From a bacterium (GTDB taxonomy: Bacteria > SAR324 > NAC60-12): DNA of 10,716 nucleotides. Within the stretch, counting starts at the first letter, position 1; each line of letters starts with the position of its first letter. The DNA is taken from assembly GCA_965233585.1 (NCBI GenBank), contig CBDDTI010000279.1:1-10716 (forward strand), in the 5' to 3' direction. Positions 8,724-10,716 of the stretch are shown here, piece after piece. The notes below the pieces were generated by a model. That model did no database searches. It saw nothing but the letters and a program-made list of their open reading frames with translations, and was not told the origin of the DNA. Position numbers and translations under genes: made by a program.

Positions 8724-9237
8724 AAGGGACTGTCAACTTACTTTTGAGCGGTACTGTAACTCTTGTATTTTTTGTTGTTGTCATGTCACATTAATGTTAT
8801 TAGTTTTACGTCTGGTGCTTAATAGATTGTGGTATTTTCACAGATTAATGTTATTCAACGAGGCTAAAAATCTTCTTGAATTATTCAAGGTCAACAGCCT
8901 CCTTGTAATTTATATTGCATCATTTATCTCAGCATAGTCTGCGTAGCAAGTGTTCCTGTGCATTTTTAGGGAAAGGAAAACCCTGGCCAGAAATCAATCG
9001 AGATCTTGGCGAGCGAAGGAGTTTTGGCTGCACGAAAAATGAGGAGAGTGCAAAAAATGAAGTGAGGGGGAGGAGGAAAGGAGAAGGGGAACGCTTGCAA
9101 CCAAGCATTGTTAATCTCAAATACTCCATTGACCAGGCAACGGAGCTCGTGATTGGCTGGGCTAGTCCAACATTATTGACATGTGTCAATGAAAGGTGTT
9201 AAAGTTGTGAGTGCTGGAAAGATGTTTACAAAAAGGG

Positions 9238-9653
9238 TTAACTTTTCTCACAGAACGAGTATTTAGTTGTGAGCATCGACAGTACGGTAGAAATCCGGTA
9301 GAGCAATGCTGATGCTTTGGTATTTCGAAACCTGACTATTACTGCAGATGCAATTGCGACACAATTTGCATCTGTTCCTTGAAATTTAACATCACTTTCT
9401 TGAATGCCAAGGACAAGATACATAAACCACAGGACAGAAAATTCACACTACTGTGTGGGAAAACTAAGTGATTTTGTCTGGCTTGTTTTGTGGCATGCTT
9501 TCGGATTTTATCATGTAGGTACTCTGACATTTCATTAGAAGTGCTCATTAATTTTTGTTGAGAGAATTTAGAACCTCTGGGTACAATTTTTCTAAATGAT
9601 TTGTTATAATGAGCCGCAGCATGCCAGTTTTTTTTACATATTTGCCTTACCAA
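9238..9653 (-). pseudogene. Decayed coding fragments inside the Academ-like element (probable transposase remnant)
   Basis: Overlapping frames give VRQICKKNWHAAA...SNEMSEYL... and ...DANCVAIASAVIVRFRNTKASALLYRISTVL. A second diverged copy of the last motif keeps the peptide through synonymous changes. Identity as a transposase is inference. Confidence 0.45.
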
Positions 9654-9997
9654 ACATTTAGTCTTCTCAAGCTCAAGCTTGTTTACAAAAATTTCTCACA
9701 GAACGAGGCTTTAGTCATGAGCTTCAACAGTACAGTGGAAATCCTGTAGTGCAATGCCGACACTTTGGGTTTTCGAAGCACGACAGTGCAACACTATTTT
9801 CACTATTCTCCTTCTCTGATGTTTGAAGCCTCCCCTGCCTAAATTCCAAAGACTTTTTGCTGTTTGTCTTGTTACAGGCGATAATACATGTACATGCACC
9901 GATTTCTTCCCCCTGGCATGCCTTGCAAACGCTTTTTTTTACTGGAGTTGGCTTTGTAGCAGTTGACTGGCTAATTTTACCTTGTATTACCTTGCAT

Positions 9998-10147
9998 TAC
10001 CCTGGTCCATGAGGTTTTTTTTGGTAGCAGTGACAGCCGAAATGTTGACACAGTATCCAGACGTGCTGGCTTTGATGAGTGGCTTTGCCGCTCACAATTG
10101 CAGCTTTGTCACGAAAATACAAAAGAAAACCTCTGGCACAAAGGGTA
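9998..10147. mobile_element. 150-bp MITE nested in the Academ-like element, with a 9-bp TSD
   Basis: Left end TACCCTGGTCCATGAGGTTTT versus reverse-complemented right end TACCCTTTGTGCCAGAGGTTTT. Flanks ACCTTGCAT (9989-9997) and ACCTTGTAT (10148-10156) match at 8/9. Confidence 0.7.
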
Positions 10148-10716
10148 ACCTTGTATGATTCTTATTAGACAGAAAAATAGTGATCTAATAAGATTTCAAA
10201 ACCTTGCGAGCACAAGGGTTACAAACGCGACTTGAATGCTTGATGACAGCATGAAATCAGTCAGGCATGAAAGGCAAAGTGGGCGGATTCAAAATCAAGG
10301 GGTTTGGCTGCAAGTGCTTCCCTCCTTCCCCTCCCCCACTTTCTTATTTTTGCTCTCGCCCCATCTTTCACACAGGAAAATCTCTGAAAACCCTGTTCTT
10401 CGCTCCATGGAAATGCTTGCTACACAGGCTAATCTTGGCATAGTTCAATATTTCTTTGTAATTGTTGTTCTCAGCACAGATCAGGGTATACAAAAATATT
10501 GATTTTCTGGTGGATATTAATAACTGGTGTTATAACCAGGAGCTGTGTAATGAAAAGAGAGAGTTCATCTTCATATTCTCTGCAATGTGGTAGTTTTGAG
10601 TATTGTTGATGAATTTGCCTTTATGAGGAGAGAAAACATCCTAATATTAATTTTTTACTTTCATGTTTTGGAAATCTTGTCTGGAAAATGTTGAACGCTT
10701 ATACCGGCCGGTAAAA

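Larger units (their letters stand above)
4538..8756. mobile_element. 4219-bp TA-flanked TIR element (Tc1/mariner superfamily, pogo-like), non-autonomous, with a nested insertion
   Basis: Perfect 26-bp TIRs CAGTACCGCTCAAAAGTAAGTTGACA (4538-4563) and its reverse complement (8731-8756). TA at 4536-4537 and 8757-8758. TCGA-rich subterminal arrays at both ends. No intact transposase ORF. Confidence 0.92.
8935..10431 (-). mobile_element. 1497-bp internally deleted TIR transposon with TAG...CTA termini and a 9-bp TSD (Academ-like; family assignment tentative)
   Basis: Terminal 22-mers match at 17/22 and all mismatches are transitions. Degenerate inverted similarity continues through the purine-rich 9030-9130 and pyrimidine-rich 10280-10375 blocks. 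Flanks are ATCTCAGCA (8926-8934) and ATCTTGGCA (10432-10440). Decayed minus-strand coding fragments lie inside. Confidence 0.75.

Overview
AT-rich eukaryotic (animal) genomic DNA. The repeat types resemble those I recall from cnidarian/stony-coral genomes, but that assignment is inference. The only host coding sequence found is one 148-bp internal exon of WDR1/AIP1 on the minus strand (2754-2901), which the ORF track misses. The rest is most simply read as WDR1 intron filled with nested mobile elements: (i) the 3' end of a Penelope-like retroelement (GIY-YIG endonuclease followed by a minimal hammerhead ribozyme); (ii) several MITE-like or foldback elements and a frameshifted THAP remnant; (iii) a 4.2-kb TA-flanked element with perfect 26-bp TIRs and TCGA-rich subterminal arrays, containing a second 2.3-kb TA-flanked element with related TIRs and a ~210-bp tandem array; (iv) a 1.5-kb Academ-like element with a CpG-decayed 9-bp TSD, containing a 150-bp MITE. 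Most ORFs in the supplied track appear spurious. No prokaryotic-type system, CRISPR array, tRNA or rRNA was found.
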